Part shown: in pieces, positions 1 through 11,415 of the stretch
How the letters are laid out: each line of letters begins with the position of its first letter
How positions within the stretch are numbered: the first letter of the stretch is position 1
NCBI GenBank assembly: GCA_964016885.1
Contig: OZ024749.1
Location: 30,442,001 to 30,506,000, forward strand
Source: Eledone cirrhosa
Lineage: Eukaryota
DNA: 64,000 nucleotides
Direction: 5' to 3'
The notes under the pieces: generated by a model
The model's database searches: none
Seen by the model: only the letters and a program-made list of their open reading frames with translations
What the model was told of the DNA's origin: nothing
Position numbers and translations under genes: made by a program

Positions 1-1330
1 CCAGGACTGCGAAAAGCGGCGTCGGCTTACACCGACGACGTAACAAAAATGGTGTCGAACACCTCGCAAATCGGCTAGGTCGGCACCATACTGAAGGAAT
101 ACGAACGGTTCACAGGAGCGAAGCTGAACCGGGACAAATCCGTCGGTTTGCAATTCGGAACGTGGAGAGGCAAACCGATGCCTTCCGATGGCGTCGTCGG
201 ATGCTGGACGGAAGGACCGGTAAAGCTGCTCGGGGTCTGGTTTGGTCCGGACCTCCAGGTGGAGAAGAACTGGAACGAGGCCACGGCCAAGGTGTTTGCG
301 TCCACCCAGAGGTGGGCCGAATGCAAACTATCATTGAAAGGTCGAGCGGAGGTGGCTAACACTTTTATAGCGTCCATCATCTACTACCGCTTGACCGTCG
401 TGCCTTATCCAGCCAAAACGCTCACCAAAATGGAGCGGGTGCTCTTCCAATTCCTTTGGAAGAAGCGGGCTTCTTTGGTGAGAAGATCCATCTGCTGCCA
501 ACACCCTTCTGGGGATGCCGTGGCTGAGGATGCGCAAACACGCGCTCAGCCTGCGGCACTTCCACGTATTCCTCACCGGACAACTGGTGTGTGCCCCGTT
601 CATAAGGCGAGCATTCCCACGACTTATCTCGCTGACCGAGCTTCAGTCCTGGGTCAAGCAAAGACCGAGGAAAATGGGCGACTGGTTTATTAAATGTGCC
701 CAGGCGCTCACAGCCCTCTAGCAGGCGGATCCGGCGATCAGTGGAGACTCCACTTCGTCATTCTATAGAGGGCTGGTCCGCAGCAAGTGCGACGACGCGC
801 TCGGAGAAACTCTAGGCGTAGAGGAAGATGAACTGGCCAGTCTGTACGGTAGAACCTTCCACCCGGGACCGATGGACAACTTCCAAAAGTCCCTGGCCTG
901 GCAGTGCTCCTGAGGAGCTCTACCAGTTCGAGACAAGCCCGGGAAGGGACCCTTCGAAAAAGATCTGACCGAGATGCGTGCGCGACGAGGAAACCGTCGC
1001 GCACGCATTTGTACACTTCCCGGGCGATACCGACCTGTGGGGCTATATAGAACGACTATTGTTGCGGGTGGGACCAATCCAGTTGACCTGTAGGTTGAGG
1101 AAAAAGAGAAAGAGAGGAGGGGACTACTCACTCTTGGTGCTCCTGGAGATGAGGGTTGTACATTTTTTCGGGGTATGTACAACCCTTGTGTAACGCCCCC
1201 CCCCCCCCCCTATTGGGGATTTCAATTGTTATTTGTTATTTTATTAATAGTTTTATTTTCATATACCTGTATGTAAACTCCCCATTTGTATTTGTCCTCT
1301 TCTTTTGTGCCCTTGTGGCTAATAAAGAAG
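1..1330 (+). mobile_element. Degenerate 3' part of a Tx1/L1-clade LINE (RT C-terminal half, zf-RVT region, 3' UTR), cut by window start
   Basis: AYTDD (degenerate YADD) near base 25; ORF 148-693 'GPVKLLGVWFGPDLQ...LSLKGRAEVAN' closely parallels ORF2 of the 2004-7920 element; frameshifts and stops; AATAAA at 1321 then (TA)n. Confidence 0.9.
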
Positions 1331-1341
1331 TTTATCTAGCA

Positions 1342-1342
<1 letters not shown>

Positions 1343-1428
<86 letters not shown>

Positions 1429-1433
1429 AATAA

Positions 1434-1482
<49 letters not shown>

Positions 1483-1534
1483 TATATATATATATATCTG
1501 CATATATATGTATATATATATATATATCTGCATA

Positions 1535-1597
<63 letters not shown>

Positions 1598-1640
1598 TTG
1601 TGTGTATGTCAGTGTTTGTGTGCGAGTGTGTGTGTATGTA
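1343..1640. repeat. (TA)n/(TG)n compound microsatellite
   Basis: Direct inspection. Confidence 0.95.
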
Positions 1641-1968
1641 TAAGCGCGTGTGCGTCTGTTTATGCATTATACGTGTCTCTGTATTAATGCGTGGAGAACA
1701 ATATCTCTGTGAGATGAATACCATTTGTTTTGATTTGTATATAATAAATACTTCAATACACGAGGCCTTATTAGCCAGAGTTCTCGGTAACTTCTAAAAT
1801 CTTCTCTCTTCTTCTAAAACTAATATATCTCATAATACAATGTACTACTATATATACACTCATCGTTATATCATATTATTGTATTCTTGCAATATATACC
1901 CTGGAAATACTTCAAATTTCCTCTTAACCTATTGCAATGATATTTATTGCCGACGAGAATATAATAGC

Positions 1969-2004
<36 letters not shown>

Positions 2005-2247
2005 GTTTTCTTTATTAAAAACAAGGGTTCACATAAAGTAGACATTAAGGACAGTACAGGACAATACAGGACGGTACAAATGGGCATTTCTGCGTGTAAA
2101 AAAACAGAGGTTGAAATAAAATAACAAAGAAAAATTCCCCAATAGGGGGGAGACTTCCAAGGGACATTTGTGGAGAAAGCCCATTAAAAGACCACAGTGG
2201 CCCTGACCACCAGGGCAAGTGCCCTCTCCCAGTTTTCCACCTTTAAT

Positions 2248-5200
2248 TTACAGACACATACTCAGAGAAGGCCCATTCATTCGGGCCATACTTGCTTCTC
2301 TCACCCATCTTTCAACAAAATGCTGGGAAGAGAGCACTTCCCTCTCTACCCTGATTTTCCTTTTCAAATGAAATTTGAAAAAGTTAATCAGGGCATCACC
2401 GAAGAAGTAAGTGCTCGTCTTCAGCCCTTTCAAACGTGTCCACCATACTATCTCTTTCGCCATGGCCACCAGACAGATAAAAACTGCCTGCCCTTCCAGG
2501 CTAAAGGAAGGGGGCGGGGCAATCCTCACGATGGACTCAGCTGATAGCTGGATCCGTCCTACACGTAACAGCAGGTGTTCGACATAAACCCACAAGTCAG
2601 CAATGCTCGGACACTGGACGAGTGCGTGCAGGACGGTTTCGTCGCCCTGCGCGCATCTCGGACATGCCCGGCTGACGGCACCTCCATGCCTGTAGAGTTT
2701 ATCCCGAATTGGCAAAGCTCCTCGGTAGCACTGCCAGGCCAGGGATTTCTGGAAGTTGTCCATAGGCCCCGGCCCGAAAGTCCTTCCGAAGAGATTGGCT
2801 AGTTGAGTTTTGTCGACGCCTAGACTTTCTCCAAGTACGTCGTCGCTCTTCCCCTCCACTAATCCCCTATAGAACGCCAAGGTGGAGTTTCCACCGATCA
2901 CATTGCCCGATTGGTCGAGGGCTGTGAGCGCCTGAAGACATTCCAGTCTCCAAGCGCTCCCTCTCGGTCTTCGCTTGACCCAGGACTGCAGCTCCGTCAA
3001 GGAGACGAGCTGGGGAAAAACGTGTCTTGCAAACGGCGACCACACCTGATCACCGTCGAGGAAGAGGTGGAGATGTCGTAGCCTGAGCGCGTGTCTGCGC
3101 ATCATCAGCCACGGCATGCCCAGCCCTCCACGTAGCGGGTGTTGACAGCAGATGGACCGCCTGACCATCGGAGCGCGTCCCTTCTACAAGAAGCGAAAGA
3201 GCAAACGCTCCAGCGCAGTCAGGCGGGGCTTAGGACAAGGTACGACGGTCAGGCGGTAGTAGATGACGGATGAGATGTACGCATTCGCCACCTCCGCTCG
3301 ACCTTTCAGGGATAGCTTCCTCTCGGCCCATTTCTGGGTGAGAGAAGCCACCCTGCTCGTCACCTCGTCCCAGTTTTTGTCCGTCTGGAGGTCTGGACCG
3401 AACCAGACCCCTAGCAATTTAACCGGTCCGTCCGTCCAGCGCCCGACGACGCTGTTGGACGGCATGGACCTGCCTCTCCAGGTGCCGAGCTGCAGGCCCA
3501 CTGACTTTTCCTGGTTGATCATTGCTCCTGTCACCGCTTCGTATTCTCTTAGTGTAGTGCCGATCGCCTCGATGTGTTTGGCGTTCGACACCACTACGGT
3601 GACATCGTCGGCATATGCTGACACGGATCTTCCGCATCCTAGTTCGCGCGGGACACCCCTCAACGTCTCCAGTTTGTGCAGTAATGGCTCGAGAGTCAAT
3701 ACGTACAATAGGGACGAGAGGGGACATCCTTGGCGGACCGAGCGCATGATGTTGAACGGTTCCGAAAGGTGAACGTTCACTCTCACTACAGAGCAGATGT
3801 CGCTGTGCATGGCAGCGATCCAGCCTCTGAAGACGGGCCCAAAGCCAGCCGCCCTCAGGACTGCCGCTAGGTAACGATGGTCGACCCTATCGAAGGCTTT
3901 CGATTGATCTAAATTGATCAAAGACCCACCAGTGTCAGGTTCCCTAGCTACCCTCTCTGCGATGTATCGCATGAGGTGGAGGTTGTCGTGGATGGATCTG
4001 TCGGGAATGGCGCATGTCTGTGCCTCTCCCACCAGACCACCAACGACAAGCGCCAACCTCTTTGCTAGCACCTTGGCCAAAATCTTGAACTCTGTGTTTA
4101 GCAGAGCTATGGGCCTAAAATTATCTATGTTATCCCCCTTGTTCGGATCCTTTCTCAGCAGCGCCACCGCTCCTCGGCTCACAGAGCTGGGAATTCTCCC
4201 GTTCTGTTGCCAGTTGCAGTAGACGTCCGCCAAGAGGCCTCCGAACAAGTTTGGCATTTGTACGTAAAGTTCATAGGGCAGACCATCCAAACCAGGCGAT
4301 TTACCCCTTGTGCAACTAGTCATTGCATCCCGTACTTCAGCGGTTGTTATCGGCTTTTCGCAACACTCCGCCTCAGTGGCCGAAAGCCGCGGCAGTCCGT
4401 CGAGGTAGACACTAAAGTCCATCCCTCGATCCGGCCCGCCACTGCCCCCGAACAGTTGAGCGAAGTGTCGCTGAAAAGCTTCACACATTTGCCCGGGATC
4501 GAGTAGCATGCGCCCGTCGTGGTCCACCAAAGACCGGATCGTGGCTTTGTTGCCACGACGCGCCTCCGCCACTCGGGCCCATTTAACGGCTTTCGTCCCC
4601 TCGTGTCTGAGAGCACGCACCCTAGCTCTGACAACGCAGCCTTCGTGCTTTGCATTGAAGAATTGGTCAAGGGCCAATTTCGCCGCAAGAACGTCGGTCG
4701 CGATGCCTTTGCTAAGCGCCTCATCTAATTTTCTAACTAGTTCTCCCTCTGCTCTATTTTTCTCTATTGCTAAAGTCTTACTAAACCTAATGGACTCTAT
4801 TCTAATTGCTCTTTTCAGAGCAAACCACCACTTGTTGTTGACGATGGCACCCGTCAACGCCCGCTTAACTAGTTCGCTAATCCGGTCTCTGTAGGCCTTG
4901 CGCGCTGGTAAGGACGCGTTTAGCTTCCAGTAGCCGGGTCCTCGTCTATGAAGCCTATCTAAGTCAAGCACACAGATCACGAATTTGTGGTCCGTGTAGC
5001 TGACTATCTTGAATTGTGGACAGCCTATGCTAGACCTATCTATTTCCCTACAAAATACTCTATCTAGATATGATCTAGATGACCCTATGCGATTTGTCCA
5101 AGTCCACATTGGTACATTCGGGAAATCCATTCGGTACGTGTCAGACAGTTCAAAACGTTTGAGCAGGTTGGTGAGACTCTTGCACCCTCCTTCCCTATCC

Positions 5201-5667
5201 ACTAATCCCACACAATCCCAGCGTGCATCTAAGATCCCGTTCCAGTCGCCCACTAACACTAAAGAGCGGGACGTTCCAAGAAAGGTCTCCAGACGCCGGA
5301 AGAAATCAGGCCGCCCTGCTCCTGTCGGGGCATAGACGGCCACTAACCTGAAAGCTTGCCCGTCTCCGCTGGTCACGTCCAGCACCACCAACTTACCTTC
5401 TGGGTCCAGGAAGATGGCCCGTATGGCAAGATCCAAACCTCTCCGAAAAAGCACAGCAACTCCTCCCCCCGATCCCGGACGGCTAGGAGATGCGTACACA
5501 TCGTAGCCGCCGAAGATCGGTGCGAAAGCCTGTGCTTCGGAGATTCTGGTCTCGCTGATGGCCACTACATCTATGTTTAGTGACCTGAGGTCGTTGAGCA
5601 GGTGGCCCTGCTTCCATGACGACCCCAAGCCACGCGCATTTATGCTGCCTATTCTGAGTGAGGTCAT
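2248..5667 (-). pseudogene. LINE ORF2: APE endonuclease, reverse transcriptase and zf-RVT-like Cys motif; one in-frame stop at 3184-3186
   Basis: SINARGL, VAISET, VGDWN, SYLDRV, TDH (APE); KSPGLDG, FRPIALLN, LDQSKAFDRV, QGCPLS, YADD (RT); CPRC..ETVLHALVQC; ORFs 3184-5667 and 2248-3168 are in frame across a TAG where the paralog has W (FQFLWK). Confidence 0.93.
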
Positions 5668-5701
5668 GTTGAAAAGGAGTGGAAAAGATGGGAAAGACCA
5701 C

Positions 5702-7713
5702 TTACCTTACTTCTCGTAGGGGAAGGACGGTTTTTCCATCCTTTTCACTGCTTGTGGCCTCCTCAGGAAGGATGTCCTTATAAATCCTCCTGGAGAGTGC
5801 TTGTCGGAAGTCTCCGATATCTCTGGGAATTTTTTGTTTTAGTGTCATGTACGTTTTCTGTGTGATGCGAGTGATGTGTATGTGTGGGGGTAGTGTGAAT
5901 TTTGGGGTTGTTGTGTAGTCTTTTTCTGTGATGCTGGTGTTGTGTTGGATGTAGTGTAATAATTGCTTGTTGTTCAAATTTAATGCTGTGTAGTGTGTAT
6001 CGTTTTGGTTGTTTTGTTTGCGTTTGTTGTGGGTTTGTTTCTGTTTCGCATTTTGGTGACTTTTGTGGTGTAGGTGATGGTGGTGCTGGGGTTAATGATG
6101 GTGATGGTGTTGGTGTTTGGGTTGATGGGGTTGGTGTTTGGGTTGATGGGGTTGGTGATGCTGGTGTGGATGGTGGCATATCTGTCCTAACTTTTTTGTT
6201 TCTTAATTTATTTGTTTCCCTCTGTATTTTGTTTTTGGAGGGGGAAGGAAGAGAATTTTTTCTTTTTTGGTTTCTTTTTTTTTTTCCCGGATATCGTTTC
6301 CCACTCCTCGTCGTCACAATCTGTCTCCAGTTGTGATAGGCCGGGGAGTGGAAAATCCTCCACAGCCGTTAGTTTTGGTTGTGGTGTGGTGGATGGTGTA
6401 GGCGCTGGTGCTAGTTCTGAAGCGTTGGGTGGTGGTTGTTTTGGTTTTGCTGGTGGTGGTAGTGGTGTTGGTTTTGTTACTGTTGCTGGGCTTGTTGCTG
6501 TTATAGTTGCTTCTGTTGTTGCTGCTACACTTGTTGCTGCCATCTCTGCTACTGGTGGTGTTGATGGTTGTGTCACTGGGGTGGGTAGGAGAGGTGGCCT
6601 CAACCTTTTAGCCTGAGGGCAGAAAGCCCTTAGGTGGGTTCCTTCACCACAAACGACACACCTAGGTCTTCTGCCCTCGACAATTACCGTGAGGTGGCTG
6701 CCGTCAGTGAGGTCTATTACCTCTGGGATCTCCTCAATGCTTTTTTGGTCCGCCTGGATCAGGAGCTTCATCCCAGATCCGGACCAGTTTTCCTGCTTTT
6801 CCTTTGCTATTGCTATTATTTTCGTGTTGGCTTCGATGCCGGCGAGGACAGCCGCTATTAGCCAGGGAATTTCGATTGCCGGTGGAACGTGGGTCACCCT
6901 GATCTTTACGAGTCTCTGGCCACAATAGCTTGGGACGAGTGTGAAGTCGTCACTTTTTAATGGGGCCATGAAGTGTTCTCTAGCCTCCTCTGGTGTTTCA
7001 AAGAATACATCCACGGTTCCATACTTTTGCCCACGTCTGATGTGGGTTTTTCTTGCCCACACATGTCCCAAAGCTTTTTGGAATCAGGACTCGGATGCCC
7101 GTTCCACTCGGCGCGATTTTACATTTATTGTTCTATACGACACGTTGCATAGGCGCCGATGCTCCATTTTATTAGGTGGGGGGGGGGGGGGTGAGGCTGA
7201 CCCTGTACCCATCTTTCTTTACCATTTGTTTGGCATTTTCTAAATCTTCTTGAGTTACCGTAATGCTTCGAATTGTTTTGCTACTCTGGCGAAACTGAGG
7301 GGGGGGGGGTTTATAATGTCATTGTTGTTGTTGTTGCTATCGTTAATATTAATTTTAGTTTCAGTTGTGGTGGTGGTGACGTCAGTCGTCTTTGGTGGGG
7401 AAGAGTCCATTTTGCTTGATTTCATTTCGACATCACGAGTTAATTTATTTTTTTCTTCTTTTGTTTCTGTTGTCGCGGTGGTGGTGGGGGTGGTGGTTGT
7501 CGCGGTAGTGGTGGTGGTGGAGGCTTTAACACCTGCAGTCATTGGTAATGGCGGGAAATGAATGTCTGCCTGAGACAAATTTAAAATATTGCTACTGCTT
7601 ATATTTTTTTTTGTGTTGGCAAACGTAGTAACATTTACAATGGTGGTGTCGGTGTGAGGTGTTAATTTGTGAGGAAGGCTTTCAGCTGCTTGTTGCAGAG
7701 GTGAATTAGCCAT
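5702..7713 (-). pseudogene. LINE ORF1 (gag-like nucleic acid binding protein), frameshifted
   Basis: Zinc knuckle CVVCGEGTHLRAFC (CX2CX4HX4C), Pro/Thr-rich and Lys-rich tracts; split over ORFs 7255-7875, 6208-7071, 5778-6317 and 5702-5977; likely ATG at 7713 (MANSPLQ). Confidence 0.8.
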
Positions 7714-7920
7714 TTTTTTCAAAGAAATTTTTTGATAATAATAAAAGTTTAAATTTTGGGCACAAGGCCCCAATCTTTTTGGGTGTCCTTTTCGGAAAAC
7801 AATGTATGTGCGCTTATAAACAGTTAACAATAAAATTTTCCATAAATGACAATTTTTAACAAACGGAAATAACAAACCTTTGCGGAGCTCACGATGATAC
7901 GATTTACTACGTAGGTCGCC

Positions 7921-7962
<42 letters not shown>

Positions 7963-7963
<1 letters not shown>

Positions 7964-9030
7964 GTTTCTGATTTTGGGACAAGGCCAGCAATTTTGGGAG
8001 AGGGGAAAATATATTAAATCGGCCCCAGTGCATTACTGGTATTTTATTTTAACGACCCAGTAAGGATGAAAGGCTAAATTAACCTCGGCGGGATTTGAAC
8101 TCAGAACGTAGATGGACGTAACTCTATGTCGCGAAAGAAGGAGTCCGACGCTCTTCCGATACTGAATAATACTGGTTCCTGATTTAGGCTCAAGATGACT
8201 AACTTGAAGTTTTAGGTAAGGGAAAGTCGATGAAATCGACCCTAGTGCGTTACTGGTATTTTTTTAAATTGTTTTATCAAACTCGTAATAATTGTTTCTA
8301 CTTTTTGGCACAAGGCCAGCAATTATCACAATGCATTACTGGTACTTTATTTTATCGACCCTGTAAGGATGAAAGACAAAGTTAACCTACGGGGGATTTG
8401 AACTCAGAATGGCAAGAGCCGTAACTCTATGCGTCAAAGCATGGCGTCCGACCGATACTACCAATTCTCCGCCATCAAACCCGTAATAATGGTTTCTTAT
8501 ATAGTCACAAGGCCAGCAATTTTGAGGGAGGGGAAAGTCGATTAAATCGTCCCCAGTGTGTGACTGGTACTTTATTTCATCAACCCCGTAAGGATGAAAG
8601 GCAAAGTTAACCTCGGCGGGATTTGAACTCAGATCATAAAGGGCCGTAACTCTTTGCTGAAGAGCATGGCGTTCGACCCTCTACCGATACTGCCAATCCA
8701 CCGCCCTAAATAATTGTTTCTACTTTTGGCACAAGGCCAGCAATTATCACAGTGCATTACTGGTACTTTATTTTATCGACCCCGTAAGGATGAAAGGCAA
8801 AGTTAACCTACGGGGGATTTGAACTCAGAATGGCAAGGGCCGTAACTCTATGCGTCAAAGCATGGTGTCCGACCCTCTACCGATACTACCAATTCACCGC
8901 CATCAAACCCCTAATAATGAAAGGCAAAGCTAATCTCGACGGAATTTGAAATCAGAATATAAAGGGTCCTAACTATATGCAGGTTGTAACAAAACAACAC
9001 ATGTTGTTCGACGCTCTCCGCCACTGCCAT
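7963..9030 (-). mobile_element. Head-to-tail cluster of about 6 tRNA-derived SINE copies
   Basis: Repeated unit (SINE sense) ggtagag..gagttcaaatccc (A/B box like), gcctttcatccttacggggtcgataaaataaagtaccag core, ggccttgtgccaaaagtagaaacaa(tta)n tail. Confidence 0.85.
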
Positions 9031-9035
9031 TACAG

Positions 9036-9259
9036 TAATGGTGATGACGATGATGATGGTGATGATAATGATGATGATGATGGTGATGATAATGATGATG
9101 ATGATGTTGATGATGATAGTGATGATAGTGTTGATGATAGTGATGATAATGAGGTGACGGTGATGATTATGATGATCATGATTATTATGATTATGATGAT
9201 AATGACGATGGTGATGATGATGATGATGATGATGACAAGGAGAAGAAGGAGGAGGTGGG

Positions 9260-9292
<33 letters not shown>

Positions 9293-9456
9293 CGAGAAGG
9301 AGGAGGTGGATGATGATAATGATGATAATGATGATGATGATGATGATGATAACAAGAAGAGGGAGGTGGAGGATGATGATGATGATGATGATGACGTTGA
9401 TGATGAGGACGACCATGACGACGTTGTCGATGATGACGTTGACGATGACGATGATG
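9036..9456. repeat. Degenerate (GAT)n trinucleotide microsatellite
   Basis: Direct inspection; source of the spurious poly-His/Asp/Met/Ser ORFs. Confidence 0.95.
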
Positions 9457-10570
9457 AGAATAAAAACATAATGGCGGAAGAAAACCGTAACTAAAATGAC
9501 AGTTTAGCATCAAGTGAAAAAGAGAAAAGAAAAGGCATAAATTCCAACTCTCCGATTTGGTATTTTTTAAACGGTGTAATAACATTATTCATGTGATTTA
9601 GTGATGGCCTTCTCTTTTATACTTCTCTCTTTAAACCTAAATCCTGCTGTTGTACGGTTGACATCAGTTGCTACTTAGTTGCTACTTAGTATTTGTATTA
9701 TTCCCTTGATACTACTAAAGTCCTTTTTACAACATCTGATAAAATAACTGCCAATGTATTATTAGTTCACACCATTCTACATGTATTTTTTCCTCATCGT
9801 TCTTATCGCCATCTATTACTATCTAACTGCTATTCATTTATGCATGAAGACATTCTGGTGACAAAAATTTATATCTCTAACATTTAAAGTAGTTATGCTA
9901 AATAAAAAATAATGAAAAAAGCAAAACGAAAAGCAAAGAAGCCCATATTGTTTCGAATCCCGAAAGTTGAAGCCATAGATTTTGCTTTTCTATGTCAGAT
10001 ATTTTTTTCGCATTTGTGAAGTCGTTAAATTTCTGTTGAGGGATTTCGTTTAAAATTTCCGTTAAGTGTCTCTCCATGCAACACCAAATATTTTCCCATT
10101 CGGTCTATTCATTCTCTCTTTTCTCATTTTATCTCTTCCTCTCTGTCTCTCTCACCCTTGATATGTCTATCTCTCCCCCTCCTCTCTCCCCCTCTCTCAT
10201 TTTATTTGTTTTACAAATATGTCTGTATTTGTAGATTTATATGTATCAAATAAAATGTCACATAGCTTGTATCATTTACCATAACATTGTTTTAATTCCC
10301 CAAGTAAAATTATTGTGGAACCCGTCGTGCCTTAATATGTTAGGCTTCTCGCTGGGTATGTTATATTACAATTAATTCTCTGCCTGTGATCCTAATAAAA
10401 TTGTTGATCACATTGTAGGCGATGAGATCAATATCACTGGATACATATCTAAACTCTTATAATACCCCCCCCCTTATATATATATAGTTCAAAAGGTTCG
10501 ACAAACAAACTCAGGAGTCAAGAGGACATAGTTATATTAGCTTCACGCTTGGTGAAAGTGGTGGGAGAAG

Positions 10571-10606
10571 TTTCTACGTTTCGGACATAGGCCTTTCATC
10601 AGGAAA
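10571..10606 (-). ncRNA. Minimal Type I hammerhead ribozyme candidate
   Basis: Minus strand: tttc-CTGATGA-aaggcctatgtcc-GAAAC-GTA-gaaa; stem I tttc/gaaa, palindromic stem III ACGT, weak stem II ggc/gtc. Confidence 0.6.
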
Positions 10607-10882
10607 GTAGAGAAGAACTCCGAGATAGAGTGAGGAGGGTAGTAAAGAGGGAAGTTAAAGAAAAAAATACGAAAAGAAGGGAAACAGAAATAAAATAAGT
10701 AAAAATAAATAAAAACAATTAAAAAGGTATATATATATACTTCGTTTTTGAATTTGTTTTGCAAGATTTCTTATCTGAAAACGTGTGTTGAAACATATAT
10801 TGTTATGCTTTGGGAGAGCCATGTTGCCAATAACAACACACTTCCATTTATTGTAAATTTCCGGTTGGTTGGTTGGTTGGTT

Positions 10883-10954
<72 letters not shown>

Positions 10955-10970
10955 ATATATATATATATAT

Positions 10971-11262
10971 ATCACAGAAAAAAAGGGAATCAGTGTTGCG
11001 CCGAATGGAATTTATTGGACATATTACAATCGTTTCTCTGGCGACCAGCTCGAGGCACGATCGATGTGATGATCGAACCTGACTCTGAAAATCGCAGATT
11101 TTCCTATGTAGAATCAAGACGTATCTGAGGACCTACCGATTTTCTGAGTCAGGTTCGATAATCACATCGCTCGTGCCTCGAGCTGGTTGCCAGAAAAACG
11201 ATTGTAATATGTCCAATAAATTCCATTCGTCGCAAAACTGATTCTCTTTTACTCTTTGATAT
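10971..11262. repeat. Fold-back element (arms about 120 bp, spacer about 40 bp) with a degenerate hammerhead at 11119-11212 (+)
   Basis: Arms 10971-11093 and 11137-11262 are reverse complements; acgtat-CTGAGGA...[G/A]AAAC-gatt-GTA-atatgt then AATAAA; adjacent to (TA)n. Confidence 0.75.
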
Positions 11263-11415
11263 CATACTCTGCTCTATGAGAGCATCGAGTGCTCATACGG
11301 CCTACCGCATACGGACGCTTTATGCAACCAACACCAATTATATATATATATATTAGAAAGTGAGGTTTTTTTTTACAAAATGAAAGATAACCGAGGTGTC
11401 CTACACGAGTGAAAG

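Larger units (their letters stand above)
2004..7920 (-). mobile_element. Near full-length Tx1/L1-clade non-LTR retrotransposon flanked by (TTA)n at both ends
   Basis: ORF1 with CCHC knuckle plus ORF2 APE-RT-zf; polyA signal (tttatt 2011-2016 on +); (AAT)n at 1969-2003 and 7921-7962. Confidence 0.93.

Noticed and set aside
3263-7561. Plus-strand ORFs overlapping the LINE
   Set aside because: Antisense shadows of a GC-rich coding region with no motifs of their own
8911-9585. Poly-His/Asp/Met/Ser ORFs
   Set aside because: (GAT)n microsatellite open in several frames
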